A DNA stretch of 64,000 nt from Eledone cirrhosa. Its lineage: Eukaryota. Positions 58,451-64,000 of this stretch are shown here, piece by piece. Every line of letters starts with the position of its first letter. The stretch's first letter is position 1. Both the position numbers and the translations under genes were made by a program. Under the pieces are notes generated by a model. It searched no databases, had not been told where the DNA came from, and was given only the letters and a program-made list of their open reading frames with translations. The stretch lies in the NCBI GenBank assembly GCA_964016885.1, contig OZ024743.1:199578001-199642000 (forward strand), read 5' to 3'.

Positions 58451-58953
58451 TGTATATATATATATATACTTATATGTGTGTGTGTGTACACACACAGACT
58501 TCCATATATTCACAGATTTATGCATTCACCTGTATGACTGAGCAGAAATGCCTATATATTTACATACATACTGATAGATCATTCACATGTACTCTTCCAG
58601 AATAATGACACTGGTTTCTTCAAATATATAAACAAACAAAAAATTCTAAAACTATTAAGAAACTCAAGAATTTAAGTAATAATGATAATGATAATTATTA
58701 TATTATAATTATTCGTATTATTATTATTATTATTAACATTATTTAGAAAAAAAAACAAGAAACAAATGTACAAAGAGGAAGATTGAATATCAAAATGAAA
58801 TTCAAACTTTGAAAGAAAATGAAAAATAATAATAATAACATCAATAAATAAATATAATATAATAAAGATAAAAATAATAATTATTATTTTATTATATATA
58901 TATTAAAAAAAAAAAGAAAGTGGGAGGATTTTACTAAAGGACAAAGAATAAAA
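58149..58953 (+). other. Putative proximal SoxD 3' UTR (true end unknown, may be much longer)
   Basis: Follows the stop codon. Very AU-rich, with several AATAAA hexamers near 58844, 58861 and 58948. Confidence 0.45.
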
Positions 58954-60500
58954 TCAGTGAAGATTACAAATTTTAAAAAAATGTTATTACAGAAAAAAAT
59001 TATACATAAAATGACAATTGAAATTATGATAAATGAAAAAAAAAACAAAAAGAAACAAAACAAACAATAATAATGGAATTTAAGAATGGTTTAAATAAAA
59101 AGACAGAGACACAATGAAAACAAAATGTTTGAACAAGAAGAAATATTTCCTTTTCTCCCCATTTCCCATATCATTAGAAGTTTTTTTTCTCTCTTTGTTT
59201 TGGCATAAGTTGAAGAATGCAATTTGACTTTTGGTTAACTGTAATGCCATTGCTGTCTATGACCCATTACTTGTCGCAAATTTTTGGTTTTTGTGTTTAA
59301 AAAGAAGAAAAATAGCTCTTATTCCATTACTGTCTGTGCTTCCAACACCAGCCACACTCCTCACTGTTCTATGTTTTCTTCTGTTAAACTCTTTTCCCAT
59401 CCAGTCACTCACTCATTACCAAAACCACATATACACACACATATATATATATATACAATAGACCCAGTAGACACATATTGATCAGCAATGACAAAACTGG
59501 CTTTTATTTTTGTCAGTGCAGCATAAACCTACTACAGCAACAATATTACTATTAGTAGTAGTAGTAATAATAATAATAATATTAATAATAACAATAATAA
59601 TGATGATTTTTACATCTTTTGCAAAATGATGATTATCTATGTTACGGAACTTTATTTTATTTATAATTATTTGAAGACATTTTAATGATTACTAGTATTA
59701 TCATTGAGTTTATTATTATTATAATTATTATTATTATTTATTCATTTATTCATTTATTCATTCATTCATTCATTCCATTGGTCTCTTGTATTATTTTAAA
59801 ACTTTTTCTTTGGATCTCTAACAGTTTCAATGATGAGTAGTAGCATAACTGAAGTAGCTGCTCATTGAATTAGTGTGTATGTAGCTAAGTATTCCACAGA
59901 CATGTGTACCCTTAATATATAACTCACAGGCAGAATCAGCATGACAAAATATTTGACATGGCTGGGCCTTTGATTTAAAATGTTATCCATCCGAGGGTTT
60001 TCTGCAGTTTCCATTTACCCAGTTTCACTCATAAGCCTTGTTTTAAAAGACACTTGGCCCAAGATACCACACTGAGGTATTGAACCTGGGGCCTTGTGAT
60101 TGCTAAGCAAACTTCCTTCCCTTTTTGTCCATGCTATGTCTTTATATTTCTAGATAGATTATTGTTTATTTAAGGAAGCCTGGTTCACCAAAATTTTAAG
60201 GTATTTTGTTTCCTTCTTCACAGTAAATCTCAGTATAGATATATTGAATGCTGCCGACTTTTAGTTGTGGATCTACATGGATTTTTCTCACACACCCCTC
60301 TTTCCTTTTCTAATGTTGAACCTATAGTTCCTATTTTACTGAGTTTCAGCTTCCAGGTGGAGAAATCAAATTCGATATATTAGGTAAAGAATAAAGTAAA
60401 GCCCTCAGCTATGTGCACTACAGATGCTCCTTTCTTCAGTAGTGTGTGTGTGTGTATGTAAGTGCTTTGGGATAGCTTACTATATACATGTATATATAAC

Positions 60501-60552
<52 letters not shown>

Positions 60553-60755
60553 TAGGGATATGTCTTTGTACATCTACATACATAGGGAAAATGGATGCTA
60601 AATGATGTATATAAAAAGTGGGTGTATTATTTTCTGAAGACAAAGGTGACAGTAACCTTGAATTTTTTAGTGATGTTGCCTCTTTATATATATATACATA
60701 TGCACACACATTAAGTTGTTGCATGAAGACAGTCATCTATTATATATATACATAC

Positions 60756-60800
<45 letters not shown>

Positions 60801-61143
60801 GGAGGACTAAGTACTGAACATGGTGTTTTTGTGCATTTAAACAACCAACTTTTGGTGTTTGACATTGGTTTTAAATGCCTGTGATTTACTCCAGTGTAAG
60901 TTTTGTTTACATGTACCGAAGCATGAGTTCAAATCGTGCTAGAATTAAATTTGCCTTTACCTTTTATTCCTGCAGTTAATTATTAGGGTCTCAGTTTAAT
61001 TGACTTTGCACCAATCATACCCAGAATATATTATTTCCTTATGTCTCAGTAGCTAGTATTAGTTAAGTGGTCTTGTCAGTAAAGAACTCAACCCTTTCAT
61101 ACATGAACCTTAAGATATTTTATGACTTATCTTTCTTGATTAA

Positions 61144-61342
61144 CCCATTAGCATTTACATTACTCTATATATACTATTGTATTTTAATGGTAAAGGCTGT
61201 ATCTCTCATAATATCGAATCTATGAGATATTGATTTTGAGAACAATACCTTAATGTTGGTACAAGTGGCTGGTTACAGCTGGTTTGAACAGAAAGAGGTG
61301 AGAGGATTCTGGTCAGATACAGCCGGTTTAAATGTTAATGGA
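61144..61342 (-). mobile_element. piggyBac-type MITE, family 1
   Basis: TTAA|CCCATTAGCATTTA...TAAATGTTAATGGA|TTAA. Confidence 0.8.
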
Positions 61343-61974
61343 TTAAATATCAAAGTTTGTGTGAAAAAAGAAGCAAGCACACACATATACTTTGTAGTAT
61401 TGAGCAATATCCTTCCAGAAGCCACTATCCCATATCCCTCTTCTTATTTCACTCTAACATAAATTTCACCTCACTCCAGAATTTACTTTTTGAAGTCACA
61501 CATTTTCTAAAATAATAAAATTATTATTAATCAGTATGTAAAAACCACCAGTCTCTGACACACTAGCTGTATAGGTTAAATGACAAAACCAGTTTCTAAT
61601 TGGCACAAGTTTATGATTATTATTATTTTCATTTAAATATTATTAGTACAATTATTATTATTGTTGTTATTATTACTAGTTTTGAGGCTTCCATGGCATG
61701 GTTATAAGGTTATGTTGAATTAAATCTTACAAATCTTCCCCTAGTTGCATTTGGAACCACTTTCTTAATTTAAGAATGTCATCTACATCACATATATTCT
61801 ATTTCCACCCAGTTGCAATAATTTTATTTTGCCCGAAATCCTTTTTCTTTTTTTATTTCCACAAAAGCACTAAGTAGACAAAAATAGCACACACAACAAC
61901 AAACAAATAAAAACTATAAACCTATCTTTTTCTATATATTTCAATAATTTGCTCACATTATGATTATTAATATA

Positions 61975-62192
61975 AGGGCAGTGTATTGGCAGAATTGTTG
62001 GAGCATCAGACAAATCCTGTGTGGCATTTGTTAAGGTGCTTTACATTCTGAGGTCAAATCCTGCCACAGTCAGCTATACATTTCAACCTTCTGAGATTGA
62101 TAAAATAAAGTACCAGTCATGTATTGGTTTTGATGTAATCAACTTTCCTCACCCCCACAAATTGTTGGCCTTGTGCCCTAAATTAGAAATCA
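61975..62192 (+). mobile_element. tRNA-derived SINE, long-tail variant, diverged
   Basis: aagggcagtgtattggcagaa head...gataaaataaagtaccagt...ggccttgtgccctaaattagaaa. Confidence 0.8.
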
Positions 62193-64000
62193 TTATTATT
62201 CTTAACATAATCGCCATCATGATCATTATCATCCTCATCATCACCCTCATCAGTTTAATAATTACTATTTATTTTGCTAACTTTCATTTTCATGACTATA
62301 AACTTGTCGTTAGTTCCCCATATAACGTATAACATGACCAAACCAATTGTAAATTGACACAAGGCAAGATCTGTTTGTTATTTTTTTAGTTTTTGTTTGT
62401 GTTCAATTGATAAATAATTGGTTGTGACCAGATTAAGATGGATTCCACAAATTATAAACTGTTATCTCCCACCCTCTGCAATTGTAATGTTTCAAGAGTG
62501 AGAGATACAGTGACAGGGACAGCTGAAAGTCTAAGAGACGCTGTCTTGGAACAAGCTACCTTAGACCAATAGCTAAAATTGTGTAGTTTTTCTTCTTTTT
62601 TTTTCAATTTAGTTTTTTAAATAAACTTTTTTTAAAAAAGTTTTTTTCCTATTTTTTTTTTTTTTTTTATAAAATGTAAAACATTTGAAAAATGATTGAT
62701 TCTATAAAATAACATTGTTATAGAAAATTGTATCTTAAATTTTGTCTAAAAGACAATAAAAATTTAGGGGGAGAGAGATTTAGAGATTCTAAGCATCTTC
62801 TTATCAGTGGTTCATTAACCATTCATAGAGTGGAGCAGTTTCATTTTAGTGATATCTTATAAGCAGTACACCCAGAAAAGTGAATTTCTTTATCCAAAGG
62901 AAATCTTATGCCAAGGCTGCAAGGATTTTAATCCAAAGCATTGTAACTGAAACATATTATGTAGCTACTTACAATGCATTAATGCTTATATTTCTACTCT
63001 ATGTTATATATTTGTTTCTTTTTCTATGAAGAAGTTGATAAAGCCATTATCCTTGAAATCAAGAAATGGTATTCGACTATGGTTTACTGACCACCAGTTA
63101 AACGTCGAAGTGTTTGGAGCTCTTTCTTTCTTTTTTTTTTTTTTGTTTGTGTATTTGTTTCTCAAGAAAAAAAGTCCCCTTTGTAAAATAAAAAAAAACA
63201 AACAAAAAAACAAAGTTCATTTTGAAATTCTTAATTGGTTCACTAATTAATTATTAGATCACTTTATTTACTGATTTGACACTCTGCAATCTTTGCAAAA
63301 ATATCAATCAATATTAATTGCTAACAAGAAACATCTCCCTCCAAAATATAAAACTGACTAATCAATCACAAATATTGGAATACAAGAAAACTAACGACAT
63401 TCTTGAGGTACCAACATTTTTTTTTCCCTCTTTTGACAGCTGCAGTTCTTTTGGGGGACGAATGTTGTCCCCTTTTTACTGTAGAGCTAAATTTGGGGTT
63501 TCAATAAAAGAGAAAAAAAAAAGAGAAACTCTTTTTTGACCTCAGTCTTTTAAGAAGAAACTATGCATTTGTTATGTATGTTTTGCTTTTTTTTTTTTTT
63601 GTTCTGCTGTCTGAGTGTATATGTTCCTATTGTGAAAGGAGACTTGAACAATGACATTACTCCTTCTCCAAAATTTAACAGACTAACAACATTCTTTGAT
63701 GATGATGATGATGACGATGATGGTATTCATAATAATGATTTAGTCCACTGTTCTAAGGAACTTGTGATAAGAATCAAAATGAAAAATAATAAAAAAGACA
63801 CACACACACACACCAGAACAAAACATAATAACATTATTTTTAATTAAAGATTGGAAGTTATTGCAGGTATTTAATTAGCTGAATAAGAAATTTATTTGTT
63901 TTTGAAATAAAATATAAGTAATCATTTGGAGGCACCTTCATAAGATCTGTTTTTTTTAATAAAGAAGGAATATGAGATTTGTTAGTCTTTAAGAACATAG

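Overview
AT-rich animal genomic DNA, inferred to be a coleoid cephalopod (Octopus-like) from the extreme (TA)n/(CA)n microsatellite load and the tRNA-derived SINE families. The only real protein-coding gene is the 3' half of a SoxD-group transcription factor (Sox5/6/13; fly Sox102F). It lies on the + strand as seven phase-compatible exons from 50120 to a stop at 58146-58148, with a PLNLS motif, a poly-Ala tract and an HMG box split by two introns. No convincing 5' exons were found in 1-50119, which is probably one or more very large introns. Almost all other ORFs in the track are microsatellite artefacts. The non-coding DNA holds about 20 SINE copies, piggyBac-, hAT- and Tc1/mariner-type MITEs, and an RTE LINE remnant. 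The most striking feature is a set of about a dozen intact, degenerate or partial minimal type I hammerhead ribozyme motifs from several distinct sequence families. They sit in short elements, most of them abutting (TA)n tracts, and often form long fold-back palindromes with a ribozyme on each strand. This architecture resembles Penelope-like element pseudo-LTRs or retrozymes. All calls are by eye; no alignment, folding or database search was run.
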